A stretch of DNA of 63,012 bases from Octopus sinensis (taxonomy: Eukaryota): NCBI RefSeq assembly GCF_006345805.1, contig NW_021834710.1, forward strand, positions 1 through 63,012, read 5' to 3'. Both the position numbers and the translations under genes were made by a program. Under the pieces are notes generated by a model. The model was given only the letters and a program-made list of their open reading frames with translations. It made no database searches and was not told where the DNA came from. Position 1 is the stretch's first letter, and every line of letters begins with the position of its first letter. Below, piece after piece: positions 36,189-48,104 of this stretch.

Positions 36189-36908
36189 CAGTCGATTAGA
36201 TCGACCCCAGTACGCGACTGGTGCTTAATTTATCGACCCCGAAATGATGAATCGAAACGTCGACCTAGGCGGAGTTTGAACCCAGAACGTAAAGACAGAC
36301 GAAATACCTATTTCTTTACTACCCACAAGAAGCTAAACACTGAGGGGACAAACAAGGGCAGACAAACGGATTAAGTCGATTACATCGACCCCAGTGCGTA
36401 ACTGGTACGTAATTTATCGACCCCGAAAGGATGAAAGACAAGGTTGACCTCAGCAGAATTTGAACTCAGAACGTAACGGCAGACGAAATACCTATTTCTT
36501 TACTACCCACAAGGGGCTAAACACAGAGGAGACAAACAAGGACAGACAAAGGGATTAAGCCGATTATATCGACCCCAGTACGTAACTGGTACTTATTCTA
36601 TCGACTCCGAAAGGATGAAAGGCAAAGTCGAACTCGGCGGAATTTGAACTCAGAACGTAGCGGCAGATGAAATACCTACTTCTTTACTACCCACAAGGGG
36701 CTAAACAGAGAGAGGACAAACAAGGAAAGACAAACGGATTAAGCCGATTATATCGAACCCAGTGCGTAACTGGTAGTTAATTTATCGACCCCGAAAGGAT
36801 GAAAGGCAAAGTCGACCGCCGTGGAATTTGAACTCAGAACGTAGCGGCAGACGAAATACGGCCACGCATTTCGCCCAGCTTGCTAACGGTTCTGCCAGCT
36901 CGCCGCCT
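36189..36908 (-). repeat. SINE family C with four tandem ~184-bp body units
   Basis: Anchor motif g(t/c)cgatta at 36191, 36375, 36559, 36743; single head at ~36860-36908. Confidence 0.9.
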
Positions 36909-36919
36909 GCTGGGAACTA

Positions 36920-37250
36920 CTTTACTCTTTTACTCTTTTACTCGTTTCAGTCATTTGACTGCGGCCATGCTGGAGCACCGCCTTTAGTCGAGGAAATCGA
37001 CCCCAGGATTTATTCTTTGTAAGCCTAGTACTTATTTTATTGGTCTCTTTTGCCGAACCGCTAAGTTACGGGGACGTAAACACACCAACATCGGTTGTCA
37101 AGCGATGTTGAGGGGACAAACACAGACACAAACACACACCACACACACATACATATATATATACATATACAGATATACGACGGACTTCTTTCAGTTTCCG
37201 TCTACCAAATCCACTCACAAGGCTTTGGTCGCCCCGAGGCTATAGCAAAA
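36920..37250 (-). mobile_element. SINE family A, head truncated
   Basis: ttttactcttttactcgtttcagtcatttgactgcggccatgctggagcacc...ggctttggtcg. Confidence 0.9.
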
Positions 37251-37345
37251 GCCCAATATGCTTTATCAGTAAAGCATATTGCTCTACCTTCGTTATTCGA
37301 GTACTATTTTTTCCATCTTCTTTCACATTTATGTGCTTACACCTG

Positions 37346-37394
<49 letters not shown>

Positions 37395-37689
37395 CACAAA
37401 AGTCAAGGTAGAAAATGCTAAAATAATTTTATCATAAAAATTAAATGAAAAGTTTTTTAAATGAATATTTGCATAGTATTCAAATGCAAGGGCCATTTTC
37501 CTTGTCTCTACCTGATTCTGTCTTGTTTACTCTTGGCAGAAAAGAAATACATGTGTGTGTGTATGTATGTATGTGTGAGTATATACGTAAATGTCGAATA
37601 ATTAGAATGAGTGCTCAACACCTCATCGGTGGATAAAGATTCTTTATTAGTGTAGTAAAGACTTAATTACACAAATAAAGTGTGTGTGT

Positions 37690-37766
<77 letters not shown>

Positions 37767-37905
37767 TACACACACTTTGTGTGTGGGTTACCAAGGCTAC
37801 CGTTGCTCTCATGCCGACATTTCTCGGCAATTATCAAGCCTATCTCATAGAACACTGGTACTTCTCTCCATGTGGGATGATTATATATATATATATATAT
37901 ATATA

Positions 37906-38571
37906 CGAGCAAAACGCCCCCCGTCCAATGGACGGTGCTGAGTTGTCAAACATTTAGACCAAATTTTCTCAAAACAATTTGTCCCATAGGCCTCCCCTTT
38001 GAGAAACACTGATTTAACCTAAATTTGAGACACCAGCAAAAGAAGAAAAAAAGATAAACTTTTTCTCTATTCCAAAGAAAAACAATTTTATTCACACAAA
38101 TATGCAACCGAAGAGTTTAAAGTACCAGTAATGATAAGGCTGGTGACTGATAGAACACAAACATGGTTTAAATAGTAAGCTTGGCAGGAAAGAAACCTGC
38201 CTTTAAGCAGTACAAAAACGACAAAAAAATGAAAGATGCAGTTATGTACAGGTTGACGAAAGAAAAGCAGGACAAAAACGGCTTTATCGATCGCGTTCTC
38301 ACCTGGAATCGATTTTTGTAATTCTTTCAAGACTTATACACGCCCTGATACCGTGGGTATCTACATATCAAATTTGAGCGCAATCGAATGCAGGATGCCC
38401 GAGATCCGTCCGAGAAGACACACACACTTTTGTCATTTTTTCAAGACTTATACACGCCCTGATACCGTGGGTATCTACATATCAAATTTGAGCGCAATCG
38501 AATGCAGGATGCCCGAGATCCGTCCGAGAAGACACAGACACAGACAGAGAGAACGGATTTTATATAAGAGA
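37906..38571 (-). mobile_element. Non-autonomous Helitron with internal 98-bp duplication
   Basis: Minus: A|TCtcttatataaaatcc...ccgtcc-att-ggacgg hairpin...CTCG|T (CTAG variant); identical units 38325-38422 / 38439-38536. Confidence 0.75.
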
Positions 38572-38721
38572 TATGCACACACACTCAGTGCCATACATGC
38601 GCACTTCAATCCCAAGATTTTCTTGTAAATGTTTCTAAGTTGATTTAAATGCTTCATTTTTTTAACGAACAACACTCAACACCTACTGCCCCCAATATAA
38701 TGACCTCTTGACATTTACCAG

Positions 38722-38747
38722 CCCCGAAGGAGGTTCTTACCGCCCAG
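38722..38747 (+). CDS. Candidate micro-exon (xPEGGSYRPx; alternative donor at 38765)
   Basis: ctcttgacatttaccag| with |gttaaa or |gtaaga; speculative. Confidence 0.2.
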
Positions 38748-38779
38748 GTTAAAACCCTCGGGAAGTAAGAGCACTGAGA

Positions 38780-38838
<59 letters not shown>

Positions 38839-39620
38839 CTCCCTTTCCTTCTCTCTCTTTCTCAGATGTAGGCGGTATGCAGTCTACAGTGCTTGCGAAG
38901 TAACAACAGAAAGATATTTGTAGTAAGACAGAGCAAGCGATTAACATAATGTCATCGAGTGAAAGTTTTGTCTGTCAGGACAGTCATGGACTAAAGTCAG
39001 GACAAATGCTGTCAAAAAAGGCGGGAAGATACTTTCTTGGTATTTATAGTTCAATGAGCGGGTGATGATGTACGTGTAAGCATGTGTGTTTGTGCATGTG
39101 TGTATGTTTGTGTGTATTTCTGCGTGTGCATGTGTGTGTGTGTGTGTGTCTATGTTATGTACGTTTGTCAGTGATAGAAAGGGGTATAATTATATACATT
39201 TTTGTTGTCGGAATGTAACCGTATTTGTGCATATCTGTATATGTATGTGTGGTTCACATATATGTATACATGCATACATACATAAATACATACGTACATG
39301 CATGCATGTATACATACACACATACATATATCCATGCATGTATACATATATACGTGTATGTATGTATGTATGTGTTTGTGTATATATCTAAGGTATGCAT
39401 GCATTAATGTGCCTTTTACGCCATGTTGAAATAAATAAGCAAAGCAATTTAACAGCAAGCTGAAGTCTTACTCGATAACCTTTTTTTTTTTAAATACGAA
39501 GGCTAGCGGGCTGAAACTTCGAAGTTACAATCAGCCCTCTTTTTGCAAAGGATTAACACACGCACACACACAAACTATGTACGCGCGCGTACACAGAGTC
39601 CACTCACACACACACACACA

Positions 39621-39651
<31 letters not shown>

Positions 39652-40381
39652 CACTCATATACATATATATAAATGTGTGAGTGCGTATGCGTGTGTGTGT
39701 GTGTGCATATGTGTTTGTGCGTGTCTATGTGTCTCTGTACTTATAACCAATAACTTATATCAAGTGTCAAGTAGTTCAATGTGTGTGTGCGTTTGTACGT
39801 TTGTGTGTGTGTGTGTCTGTGTGTGTGTGCGTGTGTGTGTGTTTGTGCGTGTGTGTGTGTGTGTGTTTGTGTATGTGCGTGTAGCTCGCTGTTCCAGAAA
39901 ATACTTCAGTTACTAATTTATTAAGATGAGTGTCCGTCCGAAATGTGAATGAAATGGCGGGAAATGTATATATTGTACTTGCTAAAGATTCCTTCTCTTC
40001 GATAGAAGGCAAACAAACGCCTAGCTGTAACTGAACTGCAACCAACTCTACCAGAAACGCACAACTAATCTGTTGAGTAAATAATACGCTGTTCAGAAAA
40101 AGACAATCACATTTTTTAAAAAATGAAGACAGCTATGGACAAATGTTTCCAAATTAGAAACCTTTATTACGAGCAGGTAGACTCTTCAGAAGTGCATCGA
40201 ACAAACTGCTTAAAACCATTTCTTACACGATTTTACATTCTGAATTCGATTCTCACTACGGTCAGCTTTGCGATCGATAAAATAAATACCAGTCAAGTAG
40301 TGATGTCGATGGCAACGACACACCCTTCCTTTTAGAACCTATAGTAGAAATAATAATAATTATTATTATTGTCATTATTAC

Positions 40382-40679
40382 TGAATCCATCGTGAAGATC
40401 GCCCCGCCACCTGCCTTTAACCTGGAAGGAAAGGCTGTGTCTATATACCTGGTAGCCATGGTGAAAGAAGTAGTATGGTGGACGAGATTGAAGGGGCTGA
40501 AGACAAACACTTTTCTCTTTGGTCATTCCCTGATCAACTTCTTTAAGTTTCGCTTGAAAGGAAAATATGGGTAGAGAGGGAAGAGTTGCCTTGCCTTCTA
40601 GCCATATTGTTGAACGATGGCTGAAAGTGGCGAGAATGGTGCAAGTGAAGAAGCCTGACCTGAGCATATGCCTATAGTT
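40382..40679 (+). mobile_element. L1/Tx1-like LINE ORF2 C-terminal fragment
   Basis: SIVKIAPPPAFNLEGKAVSIYLVAMVKEVVWWTRLKGLKTNTFLFGHSLINFFKFRLK; homologous to 52820-53120; clade assignment from recall. Confidence 0.55.
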
Positions 40680-40821
40680 GGAAAAAAACAGAATAGGAAA
40701 AAAGGCACCTGCCCCAAAAGTCAGGGTACCCATGATTTTTTATGGGGTTTCCCCATGAGCAGCCCTTCCTTTTGAGGATCACAGATTGTTGATTTTTTTA
40801 AAATTATGTTAGTCTTTATTT

Positions 40822-41310
40822 ATAATGGACGGATAGGTGTCCTCATCATGTTTGTTGTTATCACAACGTTTCGGCTGATGTATTCTCCAGCCTTCATCAG
40901 GTGTTCTGGAGGAATTTCAAACCCAACCCTCTATTAGACTAATGGGGTACTCTGTTCTCATTCCTAAGGTATGTTGCTGATGTTATTTTTTGATTGATAT
41001 TATTTTTCTAGTCCCTGCCTGGCATTGAACTTAGAATCCGAGGGTTAGTAGCCTGCGCTCTTCTCCACTCTCGAATTCTAAGTTCAATCCCAGGCAGAGT
41101 CTAGAAAATAATATCAGCAGAAAAATAACATCAGCAACATACCTTAGGAATGAAAACAGTGTACCCCATTAGTCAAATAGAGGGTTGGGTTCGAAATTCC
41201 GCCAGAACACTAGATGAAGGCTGGAGAGTACATCAGTCGAAACGTTGTGATAACAACCAACAAGATGAGGAAACCTATCCGTCCATTAATTATAATGGAC
41301 ATAATTCCTC
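40822..41310. mobile_element. Foldback of a tRNA-headed repeat carrying a hammerhead ribozyme
   Basis: ~220-bp arms (40822-41045 / 41068-41288), roughly 90% identical; tRNA-like head at the centre on minus. Confidence 0.85.
40862..40903 (-). ncRNA. Minimal type I hammerhead ribozyme motif, intact core
   Basis: cac CTGATGA A GGCTG gagaatacat CAGCC GAAA CG TT gtg: stem I cac/gtg, 5-bp stem II, palindromic AACGTT stem III, GUU site; activity untested. Confidence 0.7.
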
Positions 41311-41442
41311 TAGTATTTGTTAATTTTGCTTACACGCAAAACCCTCACAAAACACACTCATACACAAACACACACTCTTTGTTTTGTCCTGTGCTATCCA
41401 TAATGTTTTTCTTAATGTAAGGCCCTTATGATTAATAAAGAA

Positions 41443-41509
<67 letters not shown>

Positions 41510-41510
<1 letters not shown>

Positions 41511-41680
41511 GGCGGTGAGCTGACTGAATCGTTAGCGCGCTAGTAAAATTGCTTAGCGGTATTTCGTCTATCACTGCGTTCTGAGTTCAAATTCCGCCGA
41601 AGTCGGCTTTGCCTTTCATTCTTTCGAGGTCGATAAAATAAGTTCCAGTTGATTTACTGACTTTGTACCAAAATCTGAAA
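41510..41680 (+). mobile_element. SINE family C variant
   Basis: aaggcggtgagctgactgaatcgttagc...gcctttcattctttcgaggtcgataaaataag. Confidence 0.8.
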
Positions 41681-42182
41681 CCATAATGGTTTCAGATTCA
41701 AAGTACTGTCGTTATGTAATCAACTCTTCGCCCTTACGTTCTGAGTTCAAATCTCGCTAAGCTTAGCTTTGCGTATGGTCCCTGCAGGTGTCGATAAAAT
41801 AAAGTACCAATCAGGTACTGGTTTCGCTTTCAACGAAGCCAGTACTTTTGCTATGTACCTATATTTCCAAGTTCATGACTTTAAGCCTGTTTTAGTGGTA
41901 GTCAAACCTGCTTGAGTAAGATCTACGTTGAAAGGTGTTTCAACCATGACTATCCCGTCTGTATTTAAACAAGGAATGATGCATTGGCAATGATGCATTG
42001 GCAAATGCATCATTCCTTTGTTAAAGCGATAGGATACGATATTAGCGCATTTGGCTGCTATTTCTAGCTAAACGAGCGACTGTGTAGGATGGCACCCTCG
42101 TCAGCAGTCACAGCAGCAGTGTGTGGTAGATGTTGATATTTGATGTTGTGGTGGTAGTAGACGTGAAGCTGGAGTGGAAAGG

Positions 42183-42279
42183 TGGCGGGAAGCTAGATGC
42201 TGTGTTGGCGGGAAGCTGAAGGCAGAAAACGCGGGAAATTCAATGCCCTCGTTTTTGTAACAAAGAATAATGGCGGGAA
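42183..42279. promoter_or_regulatory. Cluster of four E2F-like GCGGGAA motifs
   Basis: tggcgggaa at 42183, 42206, 42271 and gcgggaaa at 42231 in unique DNA; function inferred only. Confidence 0.3.
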
Positions 42280-42539
42280 GCAGCAGTGATAATTATAAGG
42301 TTACGAGGCTGTTGGGGGGGCCCCGTGGTAACAACAGTAGTTGTAGTGGTGGTGGTAGTGGTGGTGGTGGTTATGGCGGCTGATAATTGAGGTGATGGTG
42401 GTGTTAGCTGTCTGTCACATACCACTACTGATGAAGACGTCTGATAGTGGTTTGAGGATCACGGTGGTGGGGTGGCGGTGATGCGATCATGTGGTGCATT
42501 CTGGCGGGGTAGTTAATTTAAAAAGGATAGTCATTGTGA

Positions 42540-42541
42540 TT

Positions 42542-42594
<53 letters not shown>

Positions 42595-42725
42595 GGTGGT
42601 GGTGGCGTTGGTGGTGGTGGTGGTGGTGATGATGGCGGTGGTGGTGGTGGGTGGTGGTGGTGGCGGTAGTAGTAGTAGTAGTAGTAGCAGCGGCGGTGGT
42701 GGTGGTGGTGGTGGTAGTAGTGGTA

Positions 42726-42761
<36 letters not shown>

Positions 42762-42782
42762 GTAGTAGTGGTGGTGGTGGTG

Positions 42783-42831
<49 letters not shown>

Positions 42832-43277
42832 CAGCGGCGGTGGTGGTGGTGGTGGTAGTAGTAGTAGTAGTATCTGCTCTGTGTGTTGATGGCGGTGTTC
42901 TGCAGTGATGGCGAGGGTGGTGAAGGAATTTGAAGGTATTCTTTCTTAAAACCCAGGTCAAACTTTACTTAAGCAGTTTATATGATCAAAAGACGTTCCA
43001 GCCATGATCATCCCGATTGTTTTTTTTACTTATTTATTTATTTATTTATTTATTTTTCGATTTATGTTTGGCATTGTTCTGATTCAATGTGTATTCTTTA
43101 GCCAAAGGAATAATACATTTGTAGAATATGATTGAGGAAGACTTAACTGCTATTTCTAACAGGTCGAACGACCGCAAAAAGAGATCATCCGTTGTTGTTG
43201 GTCGATGTAGTGGTGGTGGTGGTGGTGGTGGTAGTTGTTGTTGTTGTGGTGGTGGTGGTGGTGGTGGTGGTGGTGTG

Positions 43278-43349
<72 letters not shown>

Positions 43350-43350
43350 A
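42540..43350. repeat. (GTA)n/(GGT)n compound microsatellites (42540-42870, 43200-43350)
   Basis: Direct inspection. Confidence 0.9.
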
Positions 43351-43768
43351 CATATTTGTAGGACCATGTAATAACAGTGTTATGAGGATGATGCTGATGA
43401 TGATGATGATGGAGACAGCAACGCAGACGATGACGACAACGTTAATGATGATGATGATGATGATGTTGATGATATTGATGGTGAGGATGTCAGCAATGTC
43501 GACGGCGGCGGTGGTGACGGTAAAGCCGCGTTTACTGTGTCAGAGGTCACGTCGGATGTACAGAGCTATAAATACACAGAGGATGTGAGATATAGAGAGA
43601 GGGAGGGGGGGTGAAGGATGAAGAGAAGAAGTGAGGGGAGGAGTGTCGTAGTGGAGGTGGGAGGTTGAGTAAGTTACAAATAAACTATGAGGAGGAGGGG
43701 GAGGCTGATGAGGAAAAAACAACAATATCAATAAAAGAAGGAGCGAAAATAAAAACAAAAAGAAAGGC

Positions 43769-43802
<34 letters not shown>

Positions 43803-44224
43803 CATACATACATACATACATACATACATACATACATACATACATACGTAAATACATATAAAAGAAGGGGAAATAGGCGGGAAATGTCTGTGTGTCAAAA
43901 GTTTGCGGATGTCACCGACAGGCTTAGAAGAGGTTGAATGAGGTGTTGTATGATGAGAAGGGGTTAGAAGGAAGAAGTGATGGAAATGGCGGGTGTTGTG
44001 CCGAGTACATGTCGGTGCATTTATATATATATATATGGAGGGGGCATGTTTATGAATACATATTTGTGTATTTGTGTATACATATATGTATACGTGTGCA
44101 TGTAAGTATGTATGTATGTATACGTACGTATATAGGTAGATAGGTATGAATGCATGTATCCTATGTATGTATGTATGTATGTATGTATGTATGTATGTAT
44201 GTATGTATGTTTGTATATCCATGA

Positions 44225-44420
44225 TAGACCGTTAGCTCCTACACGCATTTTTCTCTCCTTGTTTCTCTCCTTGTTTTTTTTCTGTGTATCTTTCTGTCGA
44301 AGAGCGTAGGCTCGAAACGTAAAAGACTTTTTCTATTCCTGAGCGCTATACTAATACATTTGTTTATTTGTTCTCCACATGCCTTCGTCTTTTGTTTATT
44401 TTCGTAAACTTTCCCTTTCT
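44225..44420 (+). mobile_element. Hammerhead-bearing repeat (CUGUCGA core variant)
   Basis: tcttt CTGTCGA A GAGC GTAG GCTC GAAA CG TA aaaga at 44289-44326; abuts (TA)n. Confidence 0.75.
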
Positions 44421-44424
44421 ATAT

Positions 44425-44479
<55 letters not shown>

Positions 44480-44931
44480 CGGCGGTGCATCAGCATATAT
44501 ATATATGCTGCTTTAAATAAAGTATATATATATATAAATATATATATAACGGCGGTGCCCCAGCATGGCCACAGCTCTGAGCTGAAACTTTAAAAAAATA
44601 AGTGTGTATAAGTAGGTATTTGCCTGCGTTTGTGTGTATATGCACGTTGTGTACATAAGTGTTGACATTGCATACCACTTGTACACCCAGCAACCATTTC
44701 AAGTACGTACAATTCTTATGTAGGAGAAATACTTTGGAGAAGGTTAACAAGTGGGGTATTCCTTTCGATTGCATATTTGCTTGCTTTGTCTAAATTTTTT
44801 TTCTTAGTTTTCAGCTCAAACACGATTCTATTTACAAACCAAATGTATTTTCCTGCCAAAGAGTGGGTTACGCTGCGGTTTCTCAACCTGCTAGAAATAG
44901 CAGCGAAATCTTCCTCAAATGGGGAAGACGA

Positions 44932-45349
44932 GGATCTTTTCGGTTTGACCGGCAGTTTTTTCTAGCGGTGTCATATGAAATTGTCACCCATAATTATGAC
45001 CCTAGTATCGATCTGTTGCATTTCAATCTGTTTTAGGGCTAGGGTTAGGGGTGGGGGAAGGGTATCTTTTTTTTCTTCACAAATCTAAATAAACCCAATC
45101 TGTTTCTTAAACGAGGGACATATTCATACGGCACAGAATGTTTTTTTTACCTCAATAGATGTCACTGATTGGTTGAAATTGCAGAAATTGAAGAAAAAAA
45201 CAACAAATATCTTACAAACTATAGAATTTTCTCTATAAAGCCAAGAGAAAAAGATGTTTTATAAACACATTCTACCAGTATAAGAAGTTTAAAATTTTTT
45301 AGTTACCTAGAAATTATGTTAAAAACTGCCGTTCAAACCGAAAAGATCC
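44932..45349. mobile_element. ~420-bp MITE with internal TTAGGG repeats, copy 1
   Basis: TIR ggatcttttcggtttga(a/c)cggcagttttt; imperfect 8-bp TSD gaagacga/gaagatgg; opposite orientation to copies 2 and 3. Confidence 0.9.
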
Positions 45350-45689
45350 GAAGATGGTACTGGACAACATAAGATCAGTCGTGGATTTATATTTTTATAT
45401 TGTAACTTGCTTTAGTCATTGGACTGCGGCCATACTGGGGGTTCAGGGCCTATCTCGAAGGGTTTTTAGTCGCACAAACTGACCCCATTACATTTCTTTT
45501 TTTGTTTCTTTTTTTTTTTTTGTAACTCTGGTACTATTTCGATCTCTTTTGCAGATATGCTATATATTAAGGGGGCCTAAACAAACCAACACACCGATTG
45601 TCTAGCGGGAGGGAAGGAGAAACACAGTCATGTATATAGATGCACACATACACATATGCACATGCATGAGAGTGTGTGTGTGTGTGTTG

Positions 45690-45720
<31 letters not shown>

Positions 45721-46138
45721 TGTGTGTGTGTACGATGAACTACGTTTCTGTCATACAAATTAACTTACAAAACTTAGCACAAGTCACAAAACTTTGCACA
45801 AGACAGTGATATCTGTCCGATACTATGTTTAAGAGTACAATTTCGGTACTGGTTACACCTTTCATGTCTCAAATGTCGATAAAGCTTATAAGCTCTTCTA
45901 TGCACCAGCCTTTTATTCGATTAATTCGCTCAACTAAACAAGTGAATCCCAAATGTGCGTAATAGAGAAGTAATACTTCTACAATACACTAAATATTCTA
46001 ACAACTTTTTAATATAGTTCCCAATAATATTTAATTATAAAAATACAATGGGATTTTTTAAATATCGCATGATTATGAGGGTTCACCAGAGTGAAACAGG
46101 AACCAAAGGGAGAAAAACGATGGTTGAAGACCACTGCA

Positions 46139-46171
<33 letters not shown>

Positions 46172-46593
46172 GTTTAACGTCCGCTTTCCATGCTAGCATG
46201 GGTTGGACGGTTTGACTGAGGACTGGCGAGCCAGATGGCTGCACCAGGCTCCAATCTGATCTGGCAGAGTTTCTACAGCTGGATACCCTTCCTAACGCCA
46301 TCAGAACGAGGGCCAGTCAGGCGGTACTGGCAACGGCCACGCTCAAATGATGCTTTTTATGTGCCACCTGCACAGGAACCAGTCCAGCGACACTGACAAC
46401 GACCTCGCTCGAATGTTTTTTCACGTGCCACCAGCACAAGTGTCAGTAAGGCGACGCTGGTAACGATCGTGCTCGAATGGCGTTTTTTACGTGCCACCTG
46501 CACGGAAGCCATTTTGTTGCTCTGGCAACGATCACGCTCGGATGGTGCTCTTAGCGCTCCACTAGCACAGATGCCAGTCATCGAATTTGATTT
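46139..46593 (-). mobile_element. Interspersed repeat with (ATG)n tail and internal tandem subrepeats
   Basis: (cat)n-cgtttaacgtccgctttccatgctagcatggg...; repeated (a/t)(t/c)gtgccacc blocks; class uncertain (SINE or LINE 3' end). Confidence 0.65.
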
Positions 46594-46930
46594 CGATAAA
46601 CCCTCAAATTTATTACTGTGTAGTCTTGTACTTATATTGGTTTAAAACGTTGACACAAGGCCAGCAATATCGAGAAAGCGAGGGAGTCGATTACATCGAT
46701 CTCAGTGATCAACTGTTACTCATTTTATTGACTTCGGTGACATTAGAACTCAGAATGTATAAGGCAAACAAAGGACCGCTAAGCATTTTGCCTGGTGTGT
46801 TAGCAACTCTACGGGCAAAGTGTGTACGTGCACGTTCGCGTTCGGAGAAACAGAACGTAAGGGAGAGAGAGAGTGTCGCTGAGATTCTGTATTTGTTTGC
46901 ATATTGTCTTTGTTCGCTTCGCTGAAATGT

Positions 46931-46993
46931 CGGAAGTAAATTCAACATGGGCTGATCACTTATAAACGGATGAACGTCACTGATGACTTCCGG
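46931..46993. promoter_or_regulatory. Promoter-like motif cluster (two ETS sites, CRE half-site, YY1-like CAACATGG)
   Basis: cggaagt 46931, caacatgg 46943, acgtca 46974, acttccgg 46986 in unique DNA. Confidence 0.3.
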
Positions 46994-47158
46994 TCAGCCT
47001 ATTGTCTTTCTATTTATAACTCAAGTGCCAGCGAATAGATGACATAACGCCAACAGAAACCAAATTAACCCCCATAACACTTAGATTAAATTCAAGGAGA
47101 ATACATATTAAAGTATTTAACACTTTTTTGTATTTTGTTTTGGTTTGTGGGGTTTCAG

Positions 47159-47271
47159 CGAGTCTGCAGAATGGTGATGATATTGGTTTATGGAACCACA
47201 TTGCGAACGATTGCTTCTTTGCTCCATCAACACAGGAAGAAGAAATTAGTACAATGTGCAACGCAGTCTAA
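47159..47271 (+). CDS. Candidate terminal coding exon (xSLQNGDDIGLWNHIANDCFFAPSTQEEEISTMCNAV*)
   Basis: T-rich acceptor ending ggtttcag, stop at 47269-47271, AATAAA at 47329-47334; protein not recognised. Confidence 0.45.
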
Positions 47272-47498
47272 TTGGTCCCGCACGAAACTCTCGGACCTTG
47301 AGTCACTGCGTTACTGCAACTATGTATTAATAAAAATATACATATACATATATTTTGAATTCTGTTTTTCCTGCTTGCATCAACATACCAATATATATAT
47401 ATATATATGGAAATAGAATATCGATAGATTAATACATATAATATATGTATACTTATATAAATATATGTCTTTGAGAATTTGGTTGTATGTATGTAAGT

Positions 47499-47548
<50 letters not shown>

Positions 47549-47619
47549 ATATATATATATATAGGTATATATATATATATATATACATACATACATACAT
47601 ACATACATACATACATACA

Positions 47620-47652
<33 letters not shown>

Positions 47653-48065
47653 TGTATTTAGGGATGGGCATTTTTTTTTGCCAAATAAACACACACACTA
47701 AATTTTCGTTGTACACTCGTTTATTACTGTTCTTATTCTAACTTATGTCCATATTCCGGAAATCTTTCGTCACATATCTGTGACCTCTTCAGCGACACTT
47801 TCAGTCTTCGTGTGTGCTCTTGTTCCACTTATTTCATTCTGTTCTTTTATGATGTGTGTCCTTATATGCGGGCAGTGGTTTGAGTTCTTGAGCAAAGTAC
47901 TTCATTTCACGTTACTCCAGTGAATTAATAATCCTGCAATAGACTGGATTACTATTCAGAGGGGAAGTCGTGACCTTTGTCATTAATTTGCTATGAAATC
48001 GGGTAACCGTCTCTAAGGGCTCTAGGACTCAAGACCATAATGTCAGGAGTTTGTCCTCTTCTTCT

Positions 48066-48104
<39 letters not shown>

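Noticed and set aside
46000-46137. hAT/Charlie-like terminus (ggttgaagaccactg); similar hints at 22349, 24760-25190, and Tc2-like pieces at 7751 and 24560-24682
   Set aside because: Single ends without a matching second TIR or TSD; too decayed to delimit
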